A stretch of 64,000 bases of DNA from Mobula hypostoma (GCF_963921235.1 NC_086108.1:11718001-11782000); one strand, 5' to 3'. Shown: positions 37,657 through 52,600, counted from the first letter of the stretch. Program-made: numbers and translations. Notes: generated by a model from the sequence alone, not told the origin.

Positions 37657-40130
37657 AGAACATAGAACATAGAACAGTACAGCACAGTAGATGCCCTTCA
37701 GCCCACAATGTTGTGCTGACCCTTAAATCCTGCCTCCCATATAACCACCTACCTTAAATTCCTCCATATACCTGTCTAGTAGTCTCTTAAATTTCACAAG
37801 TGTATCTGCCTCCACCACTGACTCAGGCAGTGCATTCCACGCACCAACCACACTCTGAGTAAACAACCTTCCTGTAATACCCCCTTGAACTTCCCACCCC
37901 TTACCTTAAAGCCATGTCCTCTTGTATTGAGCAGTTGAGCCCTGGGGAAGAGGGGCTGGCTGTCCACTCTATCTATTCCTCTTAATATCTTGTACACCTC
38001 TATCATGTCTCCTCTCATCCTCCTTCTCTCCAGAGAGTAAAGGCCTAGCTCCCTTAATCTCTGATCATAATGCATACTCTCTAAACCAGGCAGCATCCTG
38101 GTAAATCTCCTCTGTATCTTTTCCAATTCTTCCACATCCTTCCTATAGTGAGACAACCAGAACTGGACACAGTACTCCAAGTGTGGCCTCACCAGAGTTT
38201 TATAGAGCTGCACATTACCTCTCGACTCTTAAACTCTATCCCTCGACTTATGAAAGCTAACAGCCCATAAGCTTTCTTAACTACCTTATCTACCTGTGAG
38301 GCAACTTTCAGGGATCTGTGGACATGTACCCCCAGATCCCTCTGCTCCTCCACACTTCCAAGTATCCTGCCATTTACTTTGTACGCTTCCTTGGAGTTTG
38401 TCCGTCCAAAGTGTACCACCTCACACTTCTCCAGGTTGAACTCCATCTACCCGGACTATCCCTACTACCTTTTTTGAACAAGGGGACAACATTCGCCTCC
38501 CTCCAATCCTCCAGTACCATTCCCGTGGACAACGAGGACGTAAAGATCCTAGCCAGAGGCTCAGCAATCTCTTCCCTCGCCTTGTGGAGCAGCCTGGGGA
38601 ATATTCCGTCAGGCCCCAGGGACTTATCCGTCCTAATGTATTTTAACAACTCCAACACCTCTTCTCCCTTAATATCAACATGCTCCAAAACATCAACCTC
38701 ACTCATACTGTCCTCACCGCCATCGTTCCCTCTCATTGGTGAATACCGAAAAGAAGTATTCATTGAGGACCTCGCTCACTTCCACAGCCTCCAGGCACAT
38801 CTTCCCATCTTTATCTGTAATCAGTCCTAACTTTACTCCTGTCATCCTTTTGTTCTTCACATAATTGAAGAATGCCTTGGGGTTTTCCTTTACCCTACTC
38901 GCCAAGGCCTTCTCATGCCCCCTTCTTGCTCTCCTCAGCCCCTTTTTAAGCTCCTTTCTTGCTACCCTGTATTCCTCAATAGACCTATCTGATCCTTGCT
39001 TCCTAAACCTCATGTATGCTGCCTTCTTCCACCTGACTAGATTCTCCACCTCACTTGTCACCCATGATTCCTTCACCCTACCATTCTTTATCTTCCTCAC
39101 CGGGACAAATTTATCCCTAACATCCTGCAAGAGATCCCTAAGCATCGACCACATGTCCATAGTACATTTCCCTGCAAAACCATCATCCCAATTCACACTC
39201 ACAAGTTCTAGCCTTATAGCCTCATAATTTGCCCTTCCCCAATTAAAATGTTTCCTGTCCTCTCAGATTCTATCCTTTTCCATGATAATGCTAAAGACCA
39301 GGGAGAGGTGGTCACTGTCCCCCAGATGCTCACCCACTGAGAGATCTGTGACCTGACCCGGTTCATTACCTAGTACTAGATCTAGTATGGCATTCCCCCT
39401 AGTCAGCCTGTCCACATACTGTGACAGGAATCAGCTCTGGACGCATTTAACAATCTCTGCCCTGTCTAAACCATTGGAACTAATCAGGTGCCAATCAATA
39501 TTAGGGAAGTTAAAGTCACCCATTATAACAACCCTGTTATTTTTGCACCTTTCCAAAATCTGCCTCCCAATCTGCTCCTCGTTATCTCTGCTGCTACCAG
39601 GGGGCCTATAGAATACTCCTAATAGAGTAACTGCTCCCTTCCTGTTCCTGACTTCTACCCATACTGACTCAAAAGGGGATCCTGCTACATTACCCACCCT
39701 TTCTGTAGCTGTAATAGTATCCCTGACCAGTAATGCCACCCCTCCTCCCTTTTTCCCCCCCTCTCCATCCCTTTTAAAGCACTGAAATCCAGGAATATTG
39801 AGAATCCATTCCTGCCCTGGTGCCGGCCAAGTCTCTGTAATGGCCACTACATCATAATTCCATGTATGTATCCAAGCTCTCAGTTCATCACCTTTGTTCC
39901 TGATGCTTCTTGCATTGAAGAACACGCACTTTAGCCCTTCTACCTTACTACCTTTACACCCTTTATTCTGTTTCTCTTTCCTCAAAGCCTCTTTATATGT
40001 TAGATCTGTCTTTACTCCATGCACTATACTTGCAGTTCTCGCATGACCTTTATCCTCCTCCACTTCACTATTTGCTCTGACACTCTGTTTCCCCTCCCCC
40101 TGCAAATCTAGTTTAAACCCCCCAGAGCAC
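37657..40130 (-). mobile_element. CR1 family A copy with internal RT deletion
   Basis: Highly similar to 1-2474. Includes the EN start (NARSIRNK, AITETW). The junction gatagtccgggta|gatggag at ~38448 lacks the equivalent of 1111-1687. Confidence 0.93.
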
Positions 40131-41501
40131 ATCTACATGAATTACAGTTGTAGGAAAGCAGCATCCATCGTCAGGGACATTCTGCCTTTTCACTGCTGCC
40201 ATCAGGAAGAAAGTACAGGAGCCTCAGGACTCACACCACCAGGATCAAGAACAGTTACTACCCTCAGCCATCAGGCTTTTGAACAAAAGGAGATAACTAC
40301 ACTCAACTTCACTTGCCCCATCATTGAGATGTTCCCACAACCAATGGACTCTTTTTCAAGGACTCTTCATCTCATCATTTCAATATTTATTTATACATTT
40401 GCACAGTTTGCTTTCTGCACTCTGGTTGATCTTTCATTGATCCTGTTATAGTTACTATTCTATAGATTGGTTGAGTATGGTGATATGGTGATGTATATGT
40501 ACTTTGATAATAAAATTTATTTTGAACTCTGGATTCATTGTTGGATATTTATATTCCTAGCCTTGACTTCAGAGATAATATATTCTAATACTAGAGAGCA
40601 GGCATTTAAGGTGCAAGGGGACAAGTTCAAAGAGGTGTGAGGCAAGCTTTTTTCCCTCACATATTGTGGTGGCTCTCTGGAAAACATTATAAGGGTACTG
40701 GAGGAGACACGGGTGTTGAAAGCATTCGAGAAGCTTTTAGATTGTCACATCAATTTACAAAGAATGAAGCGATATGGACATTGTGTGGACAGAAGGGGGT
40801 GGGTTAGTTAGCCATTAAATTATGTGTCTAATTAATTCAGAATAACATTTTGCGCTGAAGGCTTAGTCCTGTGCTGTACAGTTCTATGTTCTATGTTCCA
40901 TGTTCAATGTTAACATAGAAGAGTACAACACAGGAACAGGCCTTTTGGCCCACAATGTTGTGTCAACCAGCTAAAAAGTAAGTGAAAAACTAATCCCCCC
41001 TACCTACACAATTTCCATGTCCCTCCATCTTCCTCACATCCATGTGCCTATCTAAATGTCTCATAAAAGCCTCTAATGTACTTGCCTCTGCCACCATACC
41101 AGCCACCCACTCCAGGCATCCACCACTCTCTGAGTGAAAAAGCTACTCCTCACATTCCCTTTTGAACCTACCCACTCTCACCTTTAATGCATGCCCCTGG
41201 CATTAGACATTTCTACCCTGAGAGAAAGATACTCCTTGTTTCCTCTATCTACCCTACCAAACCACTTCGAGATCTTGGTTATTTCTCAGGATGATAAAAG
41301 GTTAATGTTTTGATGTATTAATTCTGTTTGTATTCCACAGATGAAAGTTCAAAGTTCAAAGTAAATTTATTATCAGCTTCTACTACCATAAAATTTATTT
41401 ATTTTCTTGCAGGCATTTACAAGAAAATAAAGAAATATAGGAGAAACTATATGTAAACAAATTCTGACAAATAATCAATGTGCAATAAAAAGAAATTATG
41501 C

Positions 41502-43117
41502 TATATTATTTCAGAATATCCCCATTTTTCTGACTAAGAAGTTTTTTGATCGGATTGATTCTATTACTTTATCTTTTATTTGGAATAATAAAAAAACAAG
41601 AATGAGTAAATGCCACTTACAAAAGTTGAAAAAGGATGGAGGTCTCACTTTGCCTAATTTAAGAATATATTACTGGGATGTTAATGTGCGATATATGTCC
41701 TTTTGGTTACACTGGGTTGATAAGAACGATTGGCCAATTTGGGTAGATTTGGAATCGAAAGCTGAGAAACAGTTTTATTTAACCTTGCTATTGGGAGCTA
41801 CTTTACCTATGCAATTAGCTAAACTTGCTAATTTAAATTTATACCCTGTGATTAAGCATTCTTTACAAACTTGGCTCCAGTTCCGTAATTTTTTTAATCT
41901 TAAAAAATTTAAACTTTGTAGCTTAATCTATCGAAATTACTTTTTTAAGCCTTCTTTGAGTGATCCAATTTTTTTACTTTGGAAAAATAAAGATATTAAT
42001 TCTTTTCTGAATTTATTTAAAGAAGATAGACTGATGTCTCTTGAACAATTAGTTGATAAATATTCTCTTTCATACTCACACTTTTTACAATACCTTCAAG
42101 TTAGACATTTCTTACAAAAATATTTAAGTAATTTTCCTTACAAATTGGATGCCGACCTGTTAGATACTATTACGAGTATGAACCCTTTGATGAAGGGTTC
42201 CATTGGAAGAATTTATAATTTACTATTACAATGGGATAAGCATCCTTTATTTAAGATTAAACAAGATTGGGAAAAGGAACTTAATTTGACTTTTATGACG
42301 GAAGACTAGACGCGGATTCTGAAGTTGGTTAACTCTTCTTCGAACTGTGCTAGTCATTCACTGATTCAATTTAAAATTGTACATCATTACTATTTGATGA
42401 AGGAGAGATTGTCTAAAATGTTTCCTAATGTTGATAGTTACTGCGATAGATGTAAAACTGAGACAGCTACACTGACACACATGTTTTGGTCTTGTTCTCT
42501 ACTGGAACAGTTCTGGAAGTCAGTTTTTTCTACAATTTCTAAAGCACTTAAAATTAATTTACAACCTAACAAATTAACTGTGCTTTTTGAAATAATTCCT
42601 CAAAATATCCGTGGTATCTCTTTGTCTGACCAACATTTTATTGCATTTGTTACTTTGATAGCTAGGAGGGTCATTTTGTTGATGTGGAAGGATGCATCGG
42701 CTCCCATTTTGTCACAATGGTTCTCTCAAGTGATGCTATGTCTTAGTTTGGAGAAAATTAGGAGTCAAACTTTTGAACATATGTTTGATTTTGAGAAAAG
42801 ATAGGGTTCATTTGCTCATTACTATCATTTGAGTTAATTGATAGATTTCCTTCATGATCTAATTGTAAATTTTTGGTATTTTTCTTGCTGGCAGTTTGCT
42901 GTTTATCTTTAGAAGCTTTTTGTATGACACATGGCTCTGGGGTTGAACACCAAATGGGTTTTTTTTCTCACTTTTTCTTGCTTAGTAGGGTTTTTTTTCA
43001 CCAAAATTTTTTCAATCTTTGAAATAATGTTTTTTTTTTCTTGAGACTTTGTAAGTGTTGCCTACCTCGATGTACTCGAGTTAACTTTGGATAATAATAA
43101 TAAAAAGATTTGAAAAG
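41502..43117 (+). mobile_element. 5'-truncated L1-clade LINE
   Basis: GGLTLPNLRIYYW and CDRCKTETATLTHMFWSC (CCHC); A-rich tail; 15-bp TSD aaaaagaaattatgc at 41487-41501 and 43118-43132. Confidence 0.9.
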
Positions 43118-43698
43118 AAAAAGAAATTATGCAAATAAATAAATAAATAAAACTGAGAACAAGAGTTGAAGAGTGGGTGTTCAGCTCCGACTGACTGCGT
43201 TTGATGTTCTCTGTCTCTCACTCTCAATCACCGCTGCCGGAGGAAGGTGCCTGCGTTTGACTGGTCTCTCACTCTGTCTCCTTCTCGCTCGATGGTGCTG
43301 GAGTCTTGGGTCTTGGGCAAGGTTAAATCAATGAGGTTTGTGGATTGGACTCTGGTTCATGTTGTGACGTGTTTCTGACTTCCAGTTGCTCCTTTTTTTT
43401 GTTGCTATTTTGTGTGATTTTGATCGGGGCAGACTGGCTCTGTGGCCTGTGGTCAACAAACAGCACAACACCAGCCTGACCTGAACGTTCCTGGACTGCT
43501 TCAATTACTTTATGGTTTGATGTCTTATATTTTGTGTTTTTCGCTCATGTTTTGCTGTTTGGGTGATTGTTTTGTGCACTGGGGCTTCGACATTTTTCTT
43601 TGAACAGGTTCCATGGTGTGCTTCTTTGTTTCATGGCTATGTGGAGAAGACGAATCTCAGGGTTGTAGACTGAATATATACTTTGATAATAAATGTGC

Positions 43699-45046
43699 AA
43701 CCCATCATATGGCGCTCAATGGAAAAACATTGAGGAGAGGATACTTCCAATCCCCATACAGGCAATTTTGGCTGATAACAACCCACAAAATTACATAAAT
43801 AATATTGACAACCCGTGGGTGAAATGGACTCTTAAAATATGGAAAACTATTATAAAAGGATATAAACTAGAGAGAGACATTGCAATTCTTAAATGATGTG
43901 CATATGACTCGGATTTTACGCCGAATAAACAGGATGCTAGATTTAAGGACTGGGCAGTTAAAGGAATAACAGCTATTTGCAATATAATGAAAGAAGGAAC
44001 ACTGTTCAGTTTTGAAATGCTCAAAGAGAAACACTTATTAGAAAAACAAGACTTTTACCGGTATTTACAGATGCAGCAGTATGTTAATAGGATGGTTAAA
44101 AATGTAACCAAGGCAAGTACATGTCTGCTAGAGCTATTTAGAGAAGCATATAATTCAGACAATGGTAGTAGAATAATTTCAAGCGTTTATAAGGGTTCGG
44201 CAAACCCTAAAACACATTCGGCTTCATACATTAAAACAAAATGGGAGAAGAAAGGAGGGATAATTATATCTGAGGAAGACTGGACAATAATATGGAGGTA
44301 TCAATGGAAGTGTACCAGTTCACAGAAATGGAAGGAGTTCGGGTGGAAAAGCTTGATAAGATATTTTATTACACCCTCTCAGAAATCCCATTATGATAGT
44401 AACCCCCCTGGTTGCTGGAGAAATTGTGGAAATCAAAATGCAAACCATTATCATATTTTCTGGGAATGCCCCGTTATCAAAGACTATTGGAGTGGGATAC
44501 ATAATGCCCTACAAGACATCTTTAAATGTGAAGTACCCTTAGAGAGTAAGACCATATATTTTGGGTATATACCTCAAGAATGGTTGAAAAGAGTTAAATA
44601 TTTAATTAATGTACTGCTGGTGACTGGTAAAAAGACCCTTACCAGGAAATGGTTATCTCAGGAGAGCACAACTTTAAATGTATGGATGGTAATTACAATG
44701 GACATTTACAAAATGGAGAAGATAACAGTACCTGTTAATCATAAGTTGGAACTATTTTATTCATACTGGAAAAAATGATTTAACTACATAACACCTCATA
44801 GGCCTGATTTTATTCTCACAAGTCAATGAATATGTTGTAAAAAAATCACTCCCTACTCTGTACATAGTTTTCTTCTTTTGATTGTTCTTTCTTTCCTCTC
44901 CTTTCTATAAGTGTATACCTCAGATAAATATTATGTGGAGATTTGTGACAAATATGATTATATGATATATATGTACAGTATCTGAAATACATCTTATGGA
45001 AATGTTTGTTTGATGATGAAATTCAATAAAACATGAATTACAAAAA
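43699..45046 (+). mobile_element. 5'-truncated L1-clade LINE (different family)
   Basis: CWRNCGNQNANHYHIFWEC (CCHC); AATAAA at 45025-45030 plus poly(A); TSD aaatgtgc (43691-43698) / aaatgtac (45047-45054). Confidence 0.88.
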
Positions 45047-47192
45047 AAATGTACTTTCAATCTTTAAAAGTGAATCCAAAAGTTGGAGAATCAGTTCAGA
45101 GTAGTTGTGAGAGAAGTTATCCCTGTTGGTTCAGGAGCCTGTTGACTGAGGGTAATCAGTCTTCCTGAAGATGGTGGTGTGGAAACTAAGGCTCCTGCAC
45201 TCCTGCCCAATGGTAGTAGTGAGAAGAGAGTGTGGTAGTATCCTCCTGTATGGATAATAGTAGGGATGGAGAGATGTTATTTGACTTGCTGACCATCTCC
45301 AGGAAGTTCGGATTTTGATTCAGTTCTACACTCTGCAACGTTTACTTTCCAAACTCAACCTTCTCACTCACAGAGAAGGTAATCCACAGCCAGTTTATTT
45401 GTTTCTCACATAATCCCTCAGTTCTGGAAGCTAATTAATAGAACATCTTTGCCCATCCCGGATGCATCTTTACAGAAGAGGAAGACCGGAGCTGTGCCAT
45501 TGTTGTTTTGTGCCTCACATCCGCTTATCAGAATTGCACAGTGTCTCTAAACTCTCCCTCTGGAAATATTGTACCAGTATGGAATACAGTAAGGAATGTC
45601 TATCCTCCTCCTTTCTCAGTCACTTCTCCCTCCCACTAGGCCAACCAAAGTATCAATCGATCTCTGACAACTATGTCTGCCTTTCTAGATTGCCTTTTAG
45701 ACTATAGGCCTCGAGACCATAAGATGGAGGAGCAGAATTAGGCCATTCTGTCCATCAAGTCTGCTCTGCCATTTCAGCATGGCTGATCCATTTCTCTCTC
45801 AACCCCATTTCTTGCCTTTTCCCTGTAGCCTTTCATGTCTTGACTAATCAAGAACCTATCAACCTCCACATTAAATAGGTTCAATAGATACATTTAATGT
45901 CAGAAAAACGTATACAATATAAATCCTGAAATTCTTTTTCTTCGCAAATATACACAATGACTTGGCCTCTACAGTGCCTGTTGCAATGAATTCTACAGAT
46001 TCACCATCCTCTGGCTAAAGAAGTTCCTCCTCATCTCTATTTTAAATGGATGTTCCATATTCTAAGGTGTGCTCTCTGGTCCTAGACTCCCAACCATAGA
46101 AAACATCCTCTCCTCACCACTCTATCAATGCCTTTCAATAGTTAATAGGTTTCAATGAGATCCGCCACCTCTCATTTTTCTAATGTCCAGCAAGTACAGG
46201 CCTAGAGCCATCAAATTCTCCTAATGTGATGTCTTTCATTCCTGGAATGCTTTCAGTGAACCTCCGCTGAACCTCCTCTAATGTCAGCATATCCTTTCTT
46301 AGATAAGGGGCTCAAAACTGATCCCAGTGTTCCAATTGAGGCCTCACCGGTGCTTATAAAACTCAATATAACATCATTACTATCATATTCTAGTCCTCTC
46401 GAAACTTATGATAACATTGTATTTGCCTTCCTCACCACCAACTCAACCTGCAAATTAACTTTTAGAGAATCCTGCACAAGGACTCCCAATTCCCTTTACA
46501 GCTTAGATTTTTGAATTCTCTCCCCATATAGAAAATAGTCAATGCTTAGTTCACTGAGGACAGGAATGGAAATGTACTTATCACATCTTTTTCATCAAGT
46601 GATGTGTTCTCACAGCAGGAATAAAGGCCCTTCGGCCCATCTAATCCATGCTACAACATTGCCCAGTGAGTTAATCCCATCTGCTCGCATTTGGCCCATA
46701 ACTTTCTGAACCTCTCGAACCCATGTGCAGTACTCATTAGGTAAACACTGCCAGTGTGACCGTCTCAACTGTTATTTCAGGCAGCTCGTTCCTAAATCGC
46801 ACCACTCTTTGTGTGAGGAAACTGCCTCAAATCCCCTTCTTCCCGTCGCTGTCTGTAAGAACTTTGTACATTCTCCCCATGAGCATGTGGGTTTTCTCCA
46901 GGTGCCCTGGTTACCGCTTACGTCCAAAGATGTACCAGTTCGTAGGTTAACTGATCATTGTAAATTGTCCCGTGATTAGGCTAGGGTTAACTTGGGTATT
47001 GCTGGGTGGCGTGCCTCAAAGGGCCAGAGAGCCTGTTTCACACTGTTTCCCATAATAAAGAATGAAGAAAAGCTCACCTCTGTTCTTAAACCTATGCCAT
47101 CTTGTTTTTAGTACCTTCTCTCTGGGGAAAAAGGCAAGATGCTTTCACCCTGAATGCCTGTCAAGATTTCAGTGTCTCTCAAGGTTTTATAT

Positions 47193-47375
47193 GGGTCGGC
47201 TGGTGGTGTAGTGGCATCAGCACTGGACTTCAAAGCAGATGGTCCTGAGTTCAAACCCAGCCAGGTCTCAACCTGGGCAGCAGCAGTATCTGCACGGAAG
47301 AAAGGCCTGGCAACCTACTTCCATATCTTGGCATGAAAACCCTACGATGAGTTCACGAAGTTGGACTCGATGTAA
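47193..47375 (+). mobile_element. tRNA-head SINE with RTE-like tail
   Basis: A box tggtgtagtgg, B box gagttcaaacc, then ggcaacctacttcc...cttggcatgaaaaccc...tcacgaagttggactcga resembling RTE/Bov-type 3' ends. Confidence 0.55.
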
Positions 47376-50300
47376 CGAGGTCACCCTTGTGTTTAAGAAA
47401 CACCCTGAAGGTTTTCTGTGGTAATCATTCACCCTCAGTTCCAGAAGATTGCAATGTTTACAGTCAACCAGCTGGTCAAATATGCAGCCCTGCTGAGCTC
47501 GCGGCAGGGACTTCTGGCAAATTTAGTGTCTTAACCATGATGTGCAATCAAACCAACAGATTGTGGCACAGTCCACACCTCAACAGTCTATTCCTCCATC
47601 AGTGGAGCCGTGGGGCATAGAACACAGGAACAGCCCACTCAGTGGTGCTGAACCAGCTAAAAAGCAAATCAAAAACACCCAAACACTAATCCCTCCTACC
47701 TACACCATGTCCGTATTCCTCCATCTTCCTCACATCTACATGCTTTCCAAATGTCTCTTAAAAGCCTTTAATGTATTTGCCTCTACCACCGTAGCAGGGA
47801 GCACATTCCAGGCATCCAACACTCTCTAAGTAATAAACTTATCCCTCACACCCCCCTTGAACCTACCCCCTCTCAGCTTCAAAGGATGCCCCCTGTTATT
47901 AGACATTTCAACCCTGGGAAACAGATACTCCCTGTCTAATCTACCTCTGCCTCTCATAATCTTGTAAACCTCTTATCAGATCTCCCCCCTGCCTCCAGTA
48001 CTCCAGAGAAAACACCTAAGTTTATCCAGCCTCTCATGATAGCACATGCCCTCTAAACCAGGCAGCATCCCGGTAAACCTCTTCTGCACCCTTCCTATAG
48101 TGGGGCAACCAGAAGTATACGTAATACTCCAAATGTGGCCTAACTGGAGTTTTATACAGTTGCAACATAACCTCTTGACATTTGAACTCAGTGCCTTGAC
48201 TAGTAAAAGCAAGCATTCCATAAGCCTCCTTAACCACCTTATTGATCTGTGTAGCCACTTTCACAGCAGTGCCAGTGACCCAGGTTTACTCAGTGATGTC
48301 AGACGCTGTCTGTGTGGGGTTTACACTTCATTCCTGTGAGCACGTGGATTTCCCAGCTGCTCCTGTTTCCTCCTGCATTTCAAGGATGTGCAGGTTGGTA
48401 GGTTGATTGACCATCGTAAATTGCCCTCAGTGTATGGGTCAGGGGTGGAACCTGGAGGTGGGGTGGGGTGAATGGGAATGTGAGAAAAGTAAATTGGGAT
48501 TGATGTTAAGGGGTGCTCGATGGTTGGCATGGACTCAGTGGGCTGAGGAGCCTGTTTACACTTTACATCCAGTTAAGAAAAGTCGGGTACAGGCTGAAAT
48601 GTAATGGCAAGGTGCAGGCTCAGCATGTATCGATGTGACAGGGCCTTAGTCCTCACGTGAGGAATGACCTAATGTTTGGATAATTTAAAGTCCAGGACAG
48701 ATGGATTGAAGGTATCTGGAAAAGAGGCAAAAGTCGGGCTGGTTCTGCTCACTGCTAGTGATGTATACTCCGCTATGTGTTGAGCTGAGGCTGAGGCTGT
48801 GGTCCTGCTCCAGCTTCATGTCTATAGGCTCCAGGATGTTTCCTCCGCTATGTGATAAACTGAGGTTGAGGTTCTGGGCCTTCTCAAGGCTTCCTGTCTG
48901 CGGGCTCCATGATGTTTACTCCGTTATGTGATAGACTGAGGTTGAGGCTGTGGGCCTGCTCTAGCTGCTCTAGTTTTCGTGTCTGAGGACTCAATTTCAT
49001 TCTAAATGCTATTTGCTTACTTTTATTGTTTGCACAATTTTATTTTTGTTCTCTGCACATTTGGAGTTTGTTAGTCTTTTTTTAATGGGTTCTCTTGGGT
49101 TTCTTTGTTTTGTCGCTGTCTGCAAGGAGACAAATCTAAAGGTTGCATAATGTATAAATAGTTGGATAATAAGTGTACTTTGAACTTCGAACATCCATTT
49201 ATGAATGTTCTCTGATCTCAGAGCTCGTTGGCATTGTGGAAATTGATGAGACGGTTGTGAGTTGCCCACCTCCAGTGCTGGGAAGGGAGTGAGGCAGCCT
49301 GTTGATCTGTGTGTTAGCACACAGAATGTGACCCAAACATCTCACAAGGGTTTTCTGCCTCTCCCAATATCAAATCCCCTCGGGAACAGTCTGATCGTAG
49401 GGCAGGCTTTGCAGCCAGTGTAGAATGCTTTTATTTACGAACTAAATACACGAGTCAAAATAGTGAACTGCATGGGGAAGCTGCAGCATTTGATCCCATT
49501 AGTGATGTAGAGTGTCCTACAGGGCAGAGATGGTTTGTTGCTGTTGACCAGATCAGGTTGAGAGTCATAGAGCACTACAGTACAGAAACAGGCCCCAAGG
49601 TCCATCTACTCATAGAACATAGAACATAGAATAGTACAGCACAGTACAGGCCCTTTGGCCCATATTGTTGTGCCGACCCTCAAACCCTGCCTCCCACATA
49701 AACCCCCCCACCTTAAATTACTCCATATACCTGTCTAGTAGTCTCTTAAAATACTCCTTGCTATTATTTTTCCAAGCCCCTACCTACCATTTCTGCTGGC
49801 AACTCTTTGCCTGCTTCTTCGTCTGGTTGGCCTCACATTTCCCACCCTTGGTCCCTGGGACAATGCTGTGCTCTGGATGACCTGCTGCTGGATCCCACCG
49901 ACTGTGGAATGGCACGGTAGTGTAGTAGTTAGCACAACGCTTTACAGTATCAGGGACCCAGGTTCAATTCCTGCCACAGCTTGCAAGGAGTTTGTACGTT
50001 CTCCCCGTGATTGCATGGGTTTCCTCCCACAGTCCAAAGAGATTAATTGGTTTGTAAATTGTCCTGTAATTGGGCTAGGGTGAAATTGGAGGTGGGGGGG
50101 GGGTGGTTGCTGGATGGTGAGGTGTTTGATGGGCCTATTCCTCACTATATCACTGAATAAAATAACCAATTAACCCCACCTGGGAAGATGCTCGGGTGTG
50201 ATGGGGGTGCTTCTTTACCTTCTTCTTTCTTCACCCCTCAGGGGGAAGAACTCAAGCCTCTGTTCACTAATCCCCCTTAGTCACTTGCCCAAGGGCAGGC

Positions 50301-50714
50301 ATTGAACCAAACCCACTGCCCCCAGACTCCCTGTAACGTTGCATTGTACTGCAAGTGACTGCAGAACCTTCTCTGTTCCTGTGTCAGTTGAGCCTTAGAC
50401 AAACTGCTGGATGCCACGGAACTCACTTCCGGGAACTTTGGTTGTTTGCTTGCTTTTGTTGTTTGCACAATTTGTTTTTTTTCTCTGCATATTGGGTGTT
50501 TGATGGTCTTTTTTAAAAAAAATTCAAATCAAATTGAAATTCAAATTCAAGTTAATTATCATAAAGCTGAATGAAACAGTGTTCCTCTGGAGCCAAAGTG
50601 TAAAACACATACAGCACATTCAAAACAGTGAGCAAAAAACATAGTCACACAAAACATATACAGTATACACACATAGCCCACGTCCCTCAGCAACATGTCC
50701 CACATATTAGTCCA

Positions 50715-52600
50715 AAAGACCATAAGATATAGGAGTAGAATTAGGTCAATTGGCTCACCGAGTCTGTTCTGCCATTTCACCATGGCTGATCCATTTCCCT
50801 CTCTGTCCAAATCTCCTGCCTTCTCCCCACATCCAATCAAGAATCTATCAACCTCTTCCTCAAAGACTTGGCCTCCACAGCTGCCTGTGGCAACAAATTT
50901 CACAGATTCACCACTCTCTGGCTAAAGAAATTCCTCCTCATCACTGTCCTTAAAGGATACCCGTATATCCTGAGACTGTACCCTCAGGTCTTAGACACTC
51001 CCACCATAGAAAACATCCTCTCCACATCCACTTTATCAAGGCCTTTCACCATTTGATAGGTTTCAATTAGGTCCTGAGCTATGAAACGCTCCTCATATGA
51101 CAAGCCATGCAATCTTGAAATCATTTTTGTGAATCTCTTTAGAACAAGCTCCAGTTTCAGTACATTTTTTCCAAGACAAGGGACTCAAAACTGCTCACAA
51201 TACTCCAAATGAGGCCTCACCAGTGCTTCATAAAGTCTCAACATTACATCCTTGCTGTTATATTCTAGTCCTCTTGAAATGAATGCTAACTTGGCATTTG
51301 CCTTTTTCACCACAGACTCAATCGCAAAGTAACCTTTAGGGAATCCTGCAGAAGGACTCCAAATCCCTTTGTGCCTCCGATTTTTGTATTTCCTCTCCAC
51401 TTAGAGAATAGTCAACCTTCCATTTCTTCTAGCAAAGTGCATCACCATACACTTCCCGACACTGTATTCCATCTGCCACTCTTTGCTCATTTTCCTAACC
51501 TGCTTCTTCTGTAGTCTCTCTATTTCCTCAAAACTACCTGACCCTCCACATATCTTCATATTGTCTGCAAACTTTGCAACAAAGCCATCAATTCTGTCAT
51601 CCAAATCATCGACATATAATGCAAAAAGAATCAGTCCCAACACAGACCCTGTGGAGCACCACTAGTCTCTAGTAGCTAACTAGAAAAGGCTCCCTTTATT
51701 TTACTCTTTGCCTCCTACCAATCAGCCGCTATTTTATACATGTTAGAATCATTCCTGTAACACGTAGCCTCGTGAATAGCACCTTGTCAAAGGCCTTCTG
51801 AAAATCCAAGTATACAACACCAACTGATTCTGTTTTGTCTATCTTGCTTGCTATTTCTTCAAAGATTTCAAACAGATTTGTCAGGTAAGATTTTCCCTTG
51901 AGGAAATCATGCTGACTACAGCCTATTTTATCATGCACTTCCAAATCCCCTGAAACAACTGACTCCAACATCTTCTCAATCACAGAGGTCAGACAAATTC
52001 ACTTACAATTTCCTTTCTCTTACCTTTCTCCCTTCTTAAAGAGTGGAGTGACATTTGCAATTTTCCAGTCTTCCAGAACCATTCCCGAATCTAGTGGTTC
52101 TTGAAAGATTATTATTAATGCCTCCATAATATCTTCAAACACCTCTTTAAGAACCCCATGGTGTACACTATCAGGTGCAGGTGACTTACCTACCTTCAGA
52201 CCTTCCAGTTTGCCAAGAACCTTCTCCCTAGTAATGCCAACTTCACAGACATCATGCCCCCTGGCACCTGGAACTTCCACCATACTTCTACACTGACTTC
52301 CACAGTGAAGGCTGATGCAAAATACTTATTCAGTTCATCCACCATTTCCTTGTCCCACATTTCTACCTCTACAGCATCCTTTTCCAGCAGTCCAATATCC
52401 ACTCTCGTCTCTGTTTTTCCCATTATGTATCTGAAGAGACTTTTGTTATCCTCTTTAATATTATTGGCTAGCTTTCTTTTGCATTCTCTCTTTACCTTCT
52501 TAATAACTTTTTCAGTTGTCTTCGTTTGGTATTTAAAAACTTCCCAATCCTCTAACTTCCCACTAAATGTTGTTCTATTATGTGCCCTCTCTTTGGCTTT
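50715..52600 (-). mobile_element. Old CR1 (family C) ORF2 fragment
   Basis: Fragmented ORFs with WKIANVTPLFKKG, YLDFQKAFDKV, KFADN and RPHLEYCEQF. Confidence 0.88.

Noticed and set aside
38441..38460. CR1 internal deletion as a spliced-out intron (gtaatt...cag)
   Set aside because: Splicing would give tccgg|atggag, but the observed junction is tccgggtagatggag.
47193..47270. Functional tRNA gene
   Set aside because: A/B boxes are present but I cannot form a convincing acceptor stem or cloverleaf, and it runs into a SINE-like tail.
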